Shown here one piece after another: positions 12,919 through 26,810 of a stretch of 64,000 nt of DNA (position 1 is the first letter of the stretch; each line of letters starts with the position of its first letter). This DNA comes from Anthoceros angustus. Lineage: Eukaryota > Plantae > Anthocerotophyta. The notes beneath the pieces were generated by a model. That model was not told the origin of the DNA, did no database searches, and saw only the letters and a program-made list of their open reading frames with translations. The position numbers were made by a program, and so were the translations under genes. The stretch is from NCBI GenBank assembly GCA_010909165.1, contig MU008164.1, positions 124,001 to 188,000 of the forward strand, given 5' to 3'.

Positions 12919-14024
12919 TTACTCAAATGTACGCGTATACCATGACCGACCGGAAGCCCAGTTGATGCAAGGTAGGCAGCAACATACGGCCGCACAGAGG
13001 GCAAATGACATTGCATACAGAATCCAGTTGAAAGTCAAGAAAACGATACACAGCCTGTGTTGGCAAGGCAACGCACGTGTCACAGAAGACTTCCCATGCA
13101 CATGACACGCAAAAACAAGGCAGAAATGCAATGCACTCAAATCACTCTTAACTGCAGAAATAAACTTGTCCTACGCATCCAGCCTTATTCATCATACGTT
13201 TGATGAGAGATTCTCCTTCCGCATCCAACTAAGGAAGCAGCTTATTTCACACCTAGCTCCAATGCTTCACATGCATCCTTCGGCTGCCAAACCAAAGAGT
13301 ATGTACAAAGCCACGCACAACAATCCACAACGACATTGGATTTATGCAAGAACACATGGGGCCCATCCAGATCGCAGTGCACGGAGATGAACATTACCTG
13401 TACAGATTGGGAGCATTGCTGGATGATGATCCTCCGCCAAAAAACCAAACATTTCCCACCACAAACCAGATTAAAAAGAGACAATTAAGAGCTGTTGTGA
13501 ACCTTTCCATCACTATTTCAAACCTGCAAAAGATCCACAGCACGCTTCAATTGATGCTAAGAATCAGGAAAGATGAGCGACAGGCAATGTGACAAGAAGA
13601 TGCAATAGCTGTGAACGTACCCTGAACCTAAACTCACTGTGCCCTGATTATCGACAAGGTACATGTAGGACGCGGCGTCATTAGAGGGAGTGCAAATGTG
13701 AGCAGGAGGGGTGGCTGAAGAAGTTGGGAGAGCGTCCTGATCCCGAGGTCGTACGTGCAGATGCGTATATCGCCAGTACAGCAGAGGAAGAGTGGCAAGA
13801 CAGCCAGCAGCATAGCCAGTAATCCACACCCGTAGAGGTGCTTGTGGCTTCTCATCTCTGGAAAAAGAAAGGACTACAATGGAGGCAACAATGGAGATCA
13901 CTGTGATGCAGAGCTCAGAGCAGATCCATGGTCCAGAATCTGGAGGCCCCGTCCTCTGTCGTGCAGCGCCATATGCAGGGCCAGTGTCCAGGGACTTCAA
14001 AAGTTCTTCACGCCCACCAGCCAT
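12919..14024 (-). CDS. RING-less paralogue A of the transmembrane RING-H2 E3 ligase (3 exons, open frame; may be a pseudogene)
   Basis: Exons 14024-13621, 13523-13398 (126 nt) and 13054-12919 with GT-AG introns at the parent gene's positions. The spliced ORF is 221 aa and ends ...CCCLPCINWASGRSWYTRTFE*. An upstream in-frame start at 14114 is possible. Confidence 0.6.
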
Positions 14025-15271
14025 GGACAATAAGGTAGCAGCAGGTGAGATAATCCGCACCAGTCTCAATCCAGCACGTTTTGTGTGCCTGCTCACCAAC
14101 TTCAGGTCAGGCACCCTCCTGAGAGTGTCTCAACTGTAGTGACATAGGGTAACAAGCTGATGCTGCTGCCTGGCTGGTTGCATGCACAACCACAATCCTT
14201 TCCGGCCTTATTCCGGATTATCTTTGGAAGCCGTCCCTGAATTGCAAAACCCCGCATTCCAGCACCGGCAACACATTCGTGGCACTCCGGAAACCCCAAT
14301 CCACACCACATTCACTTCCTCTCTAATGCGCAGCGCACAAAATTGCTCATCCCGAGCAATCTCACCTCCAAGAGCGATGCAAACCGGTACCGCAGAAATG
14401 AGCCAATTCTGGAGCCACCGGTGCTCCAATTCTGCAAATCCAGCAAATCCTGTACGGAACGAGTGCGGGTGCAAGCCGGAGATAGATGTGCTTCAGTGCG
14501 AGACGTGGTGAAGGAGATCCCGGTGGAGATGCAGGCGGATGCAGGCAGAAGCGGTGATGCCAGGGGAGTTCCGTCAGGATGTAGGGCGGTGGATCTCTCG
14601 GCTGCAGGAGGAGCAAGGAGTGGGATCTCTATTTTCTTTATGGGGCAGTTGGGGACGCATTTCGCCGGGCTCGGGCAGGGGCCAACAACTGTGCGGGCCT
14701 CTGCCCGAATCTGTGGTGCCCAATTCTGGCATGGAGCACAGGCCCTGGACAGTGCCCGCTGTAGCTTCGCAGTATCCCTGTGTTTTCCCCTGATCTAACC
14801 AAGAAGTGGTTGGATGAAGGCTGGGCGCAGGGATTGCTGCAGGAGACTCGTCGAGCTTGACGACCTTGAACTGCCTGCACCGTGGGCGGAACGCGTGACG
14901 ACGCAACTGAGATGGTGTCTGTGACAACCCTCATTTCCAAGCCTCGGAAACGTCTCGATCATATGAGAGGTCCTATGTACATTCGGTCCTCTGGTGAGAA
15001 TGAAAGCAGGAATAAAACTACGACAATACAAAAAGAAAAATGAGCCGCAGCACATGTGTAGTTGTAGAGTGCAGACATATATACATGCACAGACACAAGC
15101 CGGTTTCTAACTCTTAAGCTTCCTCGCCCACTTCGTCCTTAGGGTATTCCAAATGGAGAGCCTCACACCAATCCAGATATCAGGTTCGGAGTCCCATAGC
15201 CAGCTTGTTTCGTTGAATCTCCAGGGTTCCTAGTGGCCAGTGGAGTAGGTTTCAGGAGTCTCTGCAGGTGC

Positions 15272-16942
15272 CTATGGTTCCGCAGGCAGAGGCTGCAGAG
15301 CAACAGTCTTGTCCATAAACAGCATAGCATCGTATCTGTTGGCCAAGGATGTTGGCACATAATTCATTATCCAGTCCTGACCAGGTTTATACACCACTGC
15401 TATGGCTCTATGGCCTCGCATCGCCGCCAAACATCCTTCCTGGTGCTTGGGCTCGAACAAGAAGGCCACATGCTCTGCCTCCATTTTCAGAGCCACCTCA
15501 TGGAAGTCTGCTTCCCAGCACACACCCGTACTCGGAGGCACCTGCAAGATCTCCCCGGGACCATCCCAGGTCTGCGACGCAAACACGGTGCCCCGGAAAG
15601 TGCTGAACCCTACCAGCTTCACAGCCTCCACTCCGAGCTCCTCCCTGGCCAATCCCCCTAGATTGACATACCCGTCACGACCCATGGTGGTTGCCCTATA
15701 GTCCCCGACATGCGTGTTGTGCGCCCAGACAATCCCCTTCGACTGCGGCCCGTAGTGATCCAGCAGATCCCTGAGCGTCTCCATCATATGGCGGTCGCGA
15801 ACGTTCCAATACTTGCCCCCCAGTCTCTGAATCATGCAACGGTAATAGCTTTCCGCGCTCTTCACAATGCGAGCATTTTGTAGTGCGTCCAAGAAGGCAG
15901 TAGGCTCGATGCTGTTGAGCCGCTTGTGCAACAACTCCTGAAACGTGTCCTCCACTCCCTCATCGCAGCCCTGTGGATGCAAGCGTAGCGACCTGGCGTA
16001 GTCCCACTCGTTCTTCAGATAAGGATCGAAACACTCGTACCTAAGCTTCGCCTTCCTGGCTAGGGCTGGATCAATCCGCTCCATCTCCGTCACTGCATCC
16101 TTGATCGACTCCGACAGGGAGAAAATATCCAAGCCGTGAAATCCAACCCGCTTCTCAGGACTGTCTACCTCGGTATTCCGTATCCACATCCATGTCACCA
16201 GCTTCTGTAACTCCGTATTGCAATACATCCATGTCGGCCACCTCCTGCATTTGTCCAACAGCCGCTTTCAAGATTAACCTCCCAGAGACATCCTGTGCGC
16301 GTCTCGTTCATCTCATCAAATTCAGCGACTCCAAATCCACAGATCTACAAGGAAACAAAACTCGCAAAAGACACAAACATACTTGAAAGAACGAAGGACA
16401 TCGCCGACTCTGCTATTGTTACAGAGGTCGGGATCTTGATCCAGCTGCTGCTTGATGAAGCGGTTTACGCGTTGCGACGGAGGCCAATCCCCTTCAATAG
16501 CGATGAAGTTGAATCCGTGCTTCTCCATAAGTTCCTGTGAGATCAAACGACGCCACTCGTAGAATTCATGCGTGCCATGAGACGCCTCTCCCAGCATCAC
16601 CACTTTGGCGCTCTTCAACTGATTGACCAAGTCGCTGAGGTCTGCCACCGATTTGAACGATTTAGCCACGCCGCACAATGCCTTCACAAAGTTGGAGTCC
16701 TCTTGGGCTTCGCTCACAACAGCAACCGGAATCTTCTGGTGCTTTCCTCCAAGCCTAAGATGAGTGGGATGTCGGATCCGCTGCCGCCAGGAACAATCGA
16801 AATTCAGCATGCAGACTGCAGCTGGCTTTCTCACATAAGATGGAGTACCTGCATAGCACCGAGGCAAGTCACTCCGCTCTGGCCCCCTCTTTTGCAAGGA
16901 CAGCGATATGCAGGACGACGACATTTCGACTGCACCCGCCAT
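15272..16942 (-). CDS. Erythromycin esterase family protein (EreA/EreB-like fold) with N-terminal extension; 2 exons, ~510 aa
   Basis: Exon 1 16942-16383, intron GTATGT...ATGCAG (16382-16245), exon 2 16244-15272, giving ...VLRSFK|RWPTWMYCN. Motifs: VMLGEASHGTHEFY, FIAIEGDWP, GFHGLDIFSL, WNVRDRHM, IVWAHNTHVGD, RAIAVVYKP...NYVPTSLANRYDAMLF. Confidence 0.9.
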
Positions 16943-18247
16943 CAAGAATCACAACCAACAAACTCTGATGCATCTTGCTTATGCACGCTCCTATACATAT
17001 AATAGGATTACCTTGTTAAACTAGTTTTATTTATATCGGATCATAAATAAAGGATCTATTTTTCATATACATATTTTTAAATATTATTGAAATTTTATAT
17101 CATTGTAAGAACATATTATTTAGTTAGATAGGTATATTAACAACAAAATATAGACCACAAAAGAGAACAATAGCCAATATGGGACCTGCAATCATAAAGA
17201 AACATCCTGGGGGCTAGTCCCCCTGGCATGGTGCCCTTCGTTGGTTTTTCCCTTTTGTTTTTGGGGTGGATGGGTTTCTCCATCTCTTTTTTATAATAAA
17301 GTCTTCTTTCCGTCTTTAAGAAACATCTTATAATGAAGTTTAGAAATTGTATTGCTGAAACTTGATGTGCTATATTGATGAAAGCCATGAAGCAAGGGAA
17401 ATATGGTCTTTTGTAAACTACATTGTGAACTAGGTATTTTACCTAGTCTTTAGATTTTGATTAACTTTGGTAGTCTCATGCATAATAAGTCGTTTAACAG
17501 AGTCTAGCATGCCAACCCTAGAACGATATAAAATATTTGCAATCAAATTGTGAGTGGTTCTAGCCTTGGATATTGCCTCTCTTCTCAATCTCATCCTGTG
17601 CCATGGCCTGGCTGTGAGGACGATCCATGGATTGCAACTCATGATGCCATTAGAGGCTCACCTCGTGAGAAAAAATATACTAATAATAATAATAATAATA
17701 ATATTCATTAAAAAGACAGGGCAGGACCCGTGCACACGTCCGATCATCTCCCTTACATATATTGCATGGAGAATGGATTACAAATAGATGATTGGATAGT
17801 GTCATGCCGTGTGATACTAATCTCTGTGCACTTGGGTGTAGTGTTTGATTAGCATTAATTAGTCTAATTACTTATCTTTAAGTAAGTAATTAATGTTAAT
17901 TAATCTAAGGTGCTTATGTTAATTAAGCATTGATTAGTGTTAATTAAACATGGTTAGCAATAGCTAAGTGCATAAGCTCAAATATGCTTTAGCATATTGC
18001 ATATTATAGTGTATTCTTAGGATATTTGGCATATGCCAATAGGATATCTTAGGAATATGCGATGCAGGCTAGTATATATAGACCCTTCCATGAGGACAAG
18101 CTCGGATCATGCTTGTCTCTCTCTAATGCAAGGGTGTTGTGAGGAGGCCAAAGCTATGACTCCGAGAGCGATGTGTGAGAGCGATATGCCTCCGAGAGCG
18201 ATGTGCCTCGGAGATTTGTTGGAGATTTGAATGATTTAGCTACGCGG

Positions 18248-18530
18248 CACAATTCCTTCACAAAGTTGGAGAGAGATTGGATCCTGTTGGCGGGCACAGT
18301 TCCTTCACAAAGTTGGAGACATACTGGATCCTGTTGGCGGGCACAGCTCCTTCACAAAGTTGGAGACATACTGGATTCTATGGGTAGGGACAATTCCTTC
18401 ACAAACTTGGAGAGAGACGAGATCGGCCCACACGCAATATGGAACACAAACTAGATTTTGTGGGTAGGGACAGTTCCTTCACAAACTTGGAGAGAGACGG
18501 GATCGTGTGGGCAGGCAATATGGAACAACT
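18248..18530. repeat. ~47 bp minisatellite x5
   Basis: Core (C)ACARTTCCTTCACAAASTTGGAGA at 18248, 18295, 18342, ~18390 and ~18470. Confidence 0.8.
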
Positions 18531-18689
18531 TGGTGAGGAAGTGGAATTTGGTAGGGAATAAGAAGGATGTGGGAAATTCTATCTCCCTTTGAGTTTCATC
18601 ATACCACTATCTTTCTTCTCATATTCATTTGGTTTAGAGTTACAAGTTTCGTACACAAAAGAAATTGAAATTACCAACTTTGTTGATTC

Positions 18690-18835
18690 TCTTTGACTTA
18701 ATCCTTTTATAGTTGATTTGATTTTGACTTGATCCTTTTATCATTGATTTGCTTTTTACTTAATCCTTTTATCATTGATTTAATTTTCACTTAATCCTTT
18801 TATCATTGATTTATTTTTTTCTTAATCCTTTTGTG
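18690..18835. repeat. AT-rich ~28-30 bp minisatellite x5
   Basis: Repeated ACTTAATCCTTTTATCATTGATTT. Confidence 0.75.
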
Positions 18836-19200
18836 ATAAGATTCAAAAATAACTGGATGATCATTGGCCAACAACATTAATTTTTTTGTTTTTAATAGGA
18901 TTTTTGTCTAGTCTTTTTAAGCGAGTTTAGACTAAGAATACAAGACATATCCATCAAAGATTTTTTTACAAAATGATAATCTTTTTGTGATAAGATTTTG
19001 TATTTTAAAATACCCATAAGTTTTTTGAGGTTCGAAATGAGTTTTTACTTTCATACAAGCTATGTTTTCTCCACTTCTCTGTGCCAACTAAAATGTTGGA
19101 CACAAAAAGAAGGGAACACAAAAATAATTCCTAAGCCACTACTAGTTATCAACCCAATCTCCTACTGAAAAGCCATTTTGTTATCACACTTGGATCCGTA

Positions 19201-22200
19201 AGATGAGCCATTATAAGTCTTATGGTATCTAGAGCCAATTGTTCTTGCTCAGTCCATTGGGTCCTGTCTTCTTTCAAATGTAATCGTGATTCTAGGGTTT
19301 TGTAGAATTCTTATGTATGCTGTTTTGTAGAATTCTTGTGTATGCTGTTTTGTAGAATTCTTGTGTATGATGTTTTGTAGAATTCTTGTGTATGCTGTTT
19401 TGTAGAATTCTTATGTATGTTGTTTCTTGATACTTGTATACTTCGGAGAAAGTTTGAGCAAACGGCCAAGGCTTTTATGATCAGGTCTTGGATTAGAAAC
19501 AATAAGATGCACCCACTTTTCCCAATGATGGTACCTAGTCTCATTGTCATGTATCTGCACTCTTTCCATATTCGCTATTCAACTTGCTAGTGCTTGAATT
19601 GAGTTCTCAAAAAATAGTTGTTAAGAACTTCTTTACAATAGAACATGCAGACATCGTTAAGAACTTCCTTACAATGGAACATATAGACATCGTAGTCTCA
19701 GAGGCTCTTATATCGTGAAGTTCAACAATCCTAAATAGGAACCTACTATCCTCGGAACCTCCATCTTAGAATAGTATAATGTATATGTGTGAATACCACA
19801 TATATATACAATACTATAATATGCAAATATCTATGCAATATGCAAAAGTAATTCCATATGGTATGCAAAAGGTCAAGTATGGATGAGTAATTCTAGGCAG
19901 GCATAAAACATAAAGAAAATCTTCGATGGTATGCAAAAGATTTGTTTTGAATCTTCTACAACTATTTCCCTTCGATTCTTTAGCAATACTTCTAATAATT
20001 CTCAAATACGCGTGCAACATATATAAACCTTAGTTGCTATGAATTTGGATTATTTGAACAGAAACTGGACATATAAAGTACACAAATCATACAAACAAAA
20101 AGGTGAAGACATATAAATTTTGGAGATATAATTATTTTATAATATAATAATTATAATCCATCGGACTTAAATATCAGGGTTCCCATGACCGATGGTACAT
20201 GCGTGAGAAAGAGAAGAGGATTTTTTTTTATAGATGGCTAATGATGGATGACTATCATAATTTTTATCTTTAACTGTGGCCCCGATGACAGATGTTCAAG
20301 AAAGTGAAGAGGAATTATGTTTTTTTAAGTTGATTAATAATGGATAATTATGTTCATCATAATTATCTATCTATCACCATCAGGCAAAGGAAAATATGAT
20401 GCCCTCCAAGGATGCTTTTAACCACCCTTAGATAAGAAACCACAGTGCCCTCTAAGCATGCTATCAACCTGTCCTTAGATAAGAAACCACCCCTCTAAGC
20501 ATGCTATTAACCACCCTTAGATAAGAAACCACCATACCTCTAAGGGTGCTAGTTTTGTAGATGCTTATAATGTATTTGTATAACTCATCACAATAGAAGA
20601 TTAATACTAAAATAAAAGTTATTACACAATTAAAAGACATGTATAGTTGTTAATTGCTCAAATATCTCTTTGAGCATCTCCATTAATCACTCCCAAGCTT
20701 TTTTATGATAGTAAAATTCGTGAAAGATCGGCTCACACAATACTAGAAATACTAGTGTCCAATGGGTTCCAAACCATAATGTCTCCTAAGATGACTGGTA
20801 ATTGAAAGCAAAACACTTATATGTAGTGCTTAGCAACATTTTTAAGTATCCATACAAATGAATTATACTAAGCCACATATAAGCAACCTTATCTCATTGT
20901 TATCACCCTGATTCATAAGATGAGCCATTATAAGTCTTGTTCTTACAAGAGCCACTTCTTCTTTCTTAGTCCATTGGGTCCCGTCTTCTTTCAAATGTAG
21001 TTTGACTCTAGGCTTGTGTAAAATTCTTGTGTATGTTGTTTCTTGATATTGAAAGTATGCTTGAGAAAGTTTGAGCAAACGGCCAAGGCTTTTATGATCG
21101 GTCTTGGATTAGAAACAATAAGATGCACCCACTTTTCCCAATGATGGTACCTAGTCTCATTGTCATGTATCCGCACTCTTTCCATATTCGCTATTCAACT
21201 TGCTAGTGCTTGAATTGAGTTCTCAAAAATAGTTGTTAAGAACTTCTTTACAATAGAACATGCGAACATCGTTAAGAACTTCCTTACAATGGAACATATA
21301 GACATCGTAGTCTCGAGGCTCTTATATCGTGAAGTTCAACAATCCTAAATAGAACCTACTATCCTGAACCTCCATCTTAGAATAGTATAATGTATATGTG
21401 TGAATACCACATATATATACAATACTATAATATGCAAATATCTATGCAATATGCAAAAGTAATTCCATATGGTATGCAAAAGGTCAAGTATGGATGAGTA
21501 ATTCTAGACAGAACGCAAAACATAAAGAAAATCTTACTGATGGTATGCAAAAGATTTGTTTTGAATCTTCTACAACTATTTCCCTTCGATTCTTTAGCAA
21601 TACTTCTAATAATTCTCAAATACGCGTGCAACATATATAAACCTTAGTTGCTATGAATTTGGATTATTTGAACAGAAACTGGACATATAAAGTACACAAA
21701 TCATACAAACAAAAAGGTGAAGACATATAAATTTTGGAGATATAATTATTTTATAATATAATAATTATAATCCATCGGACTTAAATATCGTGGTTCCCAT
21801 GACCTGGCGTGAGAAAGAGAAGAGGATTTTTTTATAGATGGCTAATGATGGATGACTATCATAATTTTTATCTTTAATCGTGGCCCCGATGACGGATGTT
21901 CAAGAAAGTGAAGAGGAATTATGTTTTTAAGTTGATTAATAATGGATAATTATGTTCATCATAATTATCTATCTATCACCATCAGGCAAAGGAAAATATG
22001 ATGCCCTCCAAGGATGCTTTTAACCACCCTTAGATAAGAAACCACAGTGCCCTCTAAGCATGCTATCAACCTGTCCTTAGATAAGAAACCACCGTGCCCT
22101 CTAAGCATGCTATTAACCACCCTTAGATAAGAAACCACCATACCCTCTAAGGGTGCTAGTTTTTGTAGATGCTTATAAATGTATTTGTATAACTCATCAC

Positions 22201-24150
22201 AATAGAAGATTAATACTAAAATAAAAGTTATTACACAATTAAAAGACATGTATAGTTGTTAATTGCTCAAATATCTCTTTGAGCATCTCCATTAATCACT
22301 CCCAAGCTTTTTTATGATAGTAAAATTCGTGAAAGATCGGCTCACACAATACTAGAAATACTAGTGTCCAATGGGTTCCAAACCATAATGTCTCCTAAGA
22401 TGACTGGTAATTGAAAGCAAAACACTTATATGTAGTGCTTAGCAACATTTTTAAGTATCCATACAAATGAATTATACTAAGCCACATATAAGCAACCTTA
22501 TCTCATTGTTATCACCCTCGGATTCATAAGATGAGCCATTATAAGTCTTGTTCTTACAAGAGCCACTTCTTCTTTCTTAGTCCATTGGGTCCCGTCTTCT
22601 TTCAAATGTAGTTTGACTCTAGGCTTGTGTAAAATTCTTGTGTATGTTGTTTCTTGATATTGAAAGTATGCTTCCGAGAAAGTTTGAGCAAATGGCGAAG
22701 TGTTTGTGATCAGGTCTTGGATTCTCAAATCGCTGCATGCAACATATATAAACCTTAGTTGCTATGAATTTGGATTATTTGAACAGAAACTGGACATATA
22801 AAGTACACAAATCATACAAACAAAAAGGTGAAGACATATAAATTTTGGAGATATAATTATTTTATAATATAATAATTATAATCCATCGGACTTAAATATC
22901 AGGGTTCCCATGACCGATGGTACATGCGTGAGAAAGAGAAGAGGATTTTTTTTTATAGATGGCTAATGATGGATGACTATCATAATTTTTATCTTTAATC
23001 GTGGCCCCGATGATGTATGTTCAAGAAAGTGAAGAGGAATTATGTTTTTAAGTTGATTAATAATGGATAATTATGTTCATCATAATTATCTATCTATCAC
23101 CATCAGGCAAAGGAAAATATGATGCCCTCCAAGGATGCTTTTAACCACCCTTAGATAAGAAACCACAGTGCCCTCTAAGCATGCTATCAACCTGTCCTTA
23201 GATAAGAAACCACCGTGCCCTCTAAGCATGCTATTAACCACCCTTAGATAAGAAACCACCATACCCTCTAAGGGTGCTAGTTTTTGTAGATGCTTATAAA
23301 TGTATTTGTATAACTCATCACAATAGAAGATTAATACTAAAATAAAAGTTATTACACAATTAAAAGACATGTATAGTTGTTAATTGCTCAAATATCTCTT
23401 TGAGCATCTCCATTAATCACTCCCAAGCTTTTTTATGATAGTAAAATTCCCGTAAAGATCGGCTCACACAATACTAGAAATACTAGTGTCCAATGGGTTC
23501 CAAACCATAATGTCTCCTAAGACAGACCTGGGTAATTGAAAGCAAAACACTTATATGTAGTGCTTAGCAACATTTTTAAGTATCCATACAAATGAATTAT
23601 ACTAAGCCACATATAAGCAACCTTATCTGCTGTTGTTATCACCCTCGGATTCATAAGATGAGCCATTATAAGTCTTGTTCTTACAAGAGCCACTTCTTCT
23701 TTCTTAGTCCATTGGGTCCCGTCTTCTTTCAAATGTAGTCGTGACTCTAGGCTTGTGTAAAATTCTTGTGTATGTTGTTTCTTGATATTGAAAGTATGCT
23801 TCCGAGAAAGTTTGAGCAAATGGCGAAGTGTTTGTGATCAGGTCTTGGATTCTCAGCAATAAGATGCAACCACTTTTCCTAATGACGCTACATAGTCTCA
23901 TTGTCATGTATGTGCACTTTTTTCCATATTCGCTGTCCAACTTTGCTAGTGCTTTAGCAAGTTAGAAGTGAGTTCTCAAAACATTAGTTGTTAAGAACTT
24001 CCTAAGAATAAGACATGTAGACATCTTAGTCTTAGAGGTCTTTAGATAGTGAAATACAACAACCCTTCCTAGGAACCTACTACCCTCATAACCTATATTT
24101 TAGAGAGGGGATGGATTTTTCCCATCTCTTTTTTATAATAAAGTCTTCTT
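19201..24150. repeat. AT-rich tandem array of a ~1.1-1.7 kb unit (3 copies plus a partial fourth)
   Basis: Anchor AGATGAGCCATTATAAGTCTT at ~19201, 20918, 22529 and 23658. Copy 3 has an internal deletion near 22725. Internal subrepeat CCTTAGATAAGAAACCAC occurs x3 per unit. A 25-bp repeat x5 (19298-19420) is found only in copy 1. Confidence 0.9.
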
Positions 24151-25524
24151 TTCCCTATATCTTAGAACAGAGTATAATATATATGTGTTAATACTATATG
24201 TATATACAACACTATACCTTTATTTCACATGCCTTAGAATAGTAATCATCCTCCCTCTATAATTAGAACTCGCCATAGACTAAAATTGTTTCTTTTGGTG
24301 GGAACATCAACTCATTAATTCACGGCTATGTCTCGTGGTCTAAAAAGTCTTCATATCGCTTAAATAAATAGTTAAGCACAGTCAATTTTTTTGGACCTTA
24401 GCCATGGCCTCGGATTGCCCAAAATTCAAGCAAAAGAAGCAAATACTACAGGGTAAAATATTAGACATAAAGTCCATTTTCTACCAATTTATTCACCATT
24501 TTACGAGGGTTATGTAACCACCATGCGAACGCGCGAAGGCAACAACCAGACGCGCCTGCAGATCTTCCTGGAGCCTAAATATTGCGCTGGCCACTAAGAG
24601 CCCTGGAGATCCCACGAAACAAGCTGGGACTTGGAACCTGACATCTGGGTGGAGTGAGGCTCTCCGTCTGGGATACCCCAATGATAAAACAATGTGGGCT
24701 TGCTGGATCCGAAAGAGATGCGACCGCCTTGTGTTTTTCCATGTGCGTATGTCTACGCTCTACAATCACACGTGTGCTGTGGCTTACATTCTCATCAGAG
24801 ACCGCAATGTGCTGCCACAGCCCTCCTAAGATGCACGCGTTCCCGAGTCATGGAACTGAGTCGCAAGCTGATGAGAGTGCCCTGTTGATGCGTAGTTGAA
24901 ATTGAAGACTAAGACAATCTGAATTCAGAGAAACAGAAGAATACTATCTCCAGACGTGGTGGCCATTCTGGAGTTTTTGACTACGAGGAATACGAAAATA
25001 AGCTCCAACGTGGTGAGCGTCTGGTATTACTGACTCTGGGCAATCGAAGAATATCATTGAGAGGCAATGCACCGCCTGGCGTCGTATAGCACAAGTGGCA
25101 GCGACTGTGGGGGATACCCCACAGTTGAACTTCCCTGTCATCACCAGGGATTTCCTTCATCCCGTCTCGCACCGAAGACAATCTCGGGCTTGCACTGTAC
25201 AGGATCTGCTGTACCAAGGGTTGAAAGGATCGTGATGTCTATGCGACCAGTCAGGCAGCAACATCAGCTGGTAACCCTAGATGGATCACTGGGGTTGAGA
25301 CACCCTGAGGAGTTTGAGCTGGGGCAAGGATGTCAAGAGGGTGCCAGATGTGAAGCTGGTGAGCAGGCACTCAAAACGGCCTTGCTGGATAATCGATCCA
25401 GCTTTGTGACTGCTGCGGATAGTCAGGAGCAGCTGCTGCTGCCTTAAGTTTATCGTGGATCGCTGGTAGGGGTGAAGAACTTTTGAAGTCTTAGCACACT
25501 CATGATCATCCTAGGGCTTTACTG

Positions 25525-26810
25525 ATGGCCCACGTTGTAGTTGTCAGGCCAGGGGTTGTTTCTGATGAAGATCAGAGCGGGGGAGGGTATGAGAGTCTCA
25601 GTCTTTATTCAAGTACTGATTTCACATTTCGGGCCAAAGCAGCGTACAGGGAGTTTCAACGAACTTTGGACGGACTTCGACCTTTACGCGCAGGAGTTTC
25701 AAGGCTTGATGCAGCATGGGTAACACCCACCCCTGCTAGCAGCCTTCTCCCCAGGTCAAATGGAGCCTCAAGTACATCTGGCAGTACGCAAGAGATCTGG
25801 ACGAGTCCTTCAGCTTCTGGACGGCCATGGATCTCCTTTCTAGTCTTGCTCAAAGTGAGTGAGATTGTTGCCTCAATTTTAGTCCTTCATGTCTCCGGGG
25901 GTGAGAAGCCCCAAGCACCTCTACGTGTGTGGATTGCTGTCTATGCTGTTTACTGTCTTGCCAGTCTTCCTCTGCTGTACTGGCGCTATGTGCATCAGTA
26001 TGACTTCGCTTCCTACGTGCACCATTCATTGCTTCCTGCACATGAATCCCAAGAATATCCAAGGCTGCAAAATGCAAATCATCAGGGCACAGAGTCTTCA
26101 GGATCAGGGTACGTGCGTTCGCAGCTAGGGTGTACCGTCTTGTGCTGTATGTTGCTTCATATCATCAGTTGAAGCGTGCTGTGGATGTTTTAAATTTGCA
26201 GGTTTGTAATGGCAGTGGGAAGATTCGATATAGCTCTCCGTTGTTTCCTTCTTGTCTGGTTTGTGGTGGGAAATTTTTGGATCTTTGGAGGAGGAGGATC
26301 ATCCAGCGATGCTCCCAATTTGTACTGGTAATATTATGCTCATCGATCTGCAGGCTGGGTGGCCCCAAAGTGTTCTTTCATGATGCTAGCAAGCTTTCGT
26401 GTTGGAATCCAATGTCGTTGCGGTCTTTTTGAATGGGGCAGCCCAAGGATGCATGTGAAGTATGTGAACTAGTTGTGAAGTAAGCATATGCTTCTGCTTC
26501 CTTAGTTGGATGTGTGAGGAGGATCTCTCATAAAATGTCAGTGGAATGAGGGTGGATGCCTATGACAAGTCCATTTTTGCAGTTCAGCCTAATGTGAGTG
26601 CATGGTGTTCCTGCCTTGCTTTTGCGTGTCATGTGCATATGAATTTTTTCTATAACACGTGCGTTGCCTTGCCAACACAGGTGGTGTACTGTTCTCGTGG
26701 CTCTCGACTGGTTTGGATATGGATTAACATTTTCCTTCTGCGTGGGCTGTGCTTGCTGCTTATCTACTTGGCGATGGGATATAGCTGACCACTATGGCGT
26801 GAACTTCTAG
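25525..26810 (+). CDS. RING-less paralogue B of the transmembrane RING-H2 E3 ligase (3 exons, open frame; may be a pseudogene)
   Basis: Exons 25525-26108, 26202-26327 (126 nt) and 26681-26810 with conserved GT-AG introns. The spliced ORF is 279 aa and ends ...FSFCVGCACCLSTWRWDIADHYGVNF*. The parental ATG is lost, so a downstream ATG is used. Confidence 0.6.

Noticed and set aside
15272-16942. Bacterial contamination as the source of the esterase gene
   Set aside because: A canonical spliceosomal intron is needed to restore the conserved frame, the flanks are plant repeats and genes, and there is no operon context. Read-level confirmation is still advisable.
18248-18530. 47 bp repeats (and the 43-44 bp repeats at 27390-27590) as CRISPR-like arrays
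   Set aside because: The inter-core sequences are related to each other, so these are minisatellites rather than repeat-spacer arrays.
24700-26810. RING copy B as a retrocopy
   Set aside because: It keeps both CDS introns and has homology to the parent's upstream region (24720-24900 vs 30465-30660), which indicates DNA-level duplication.
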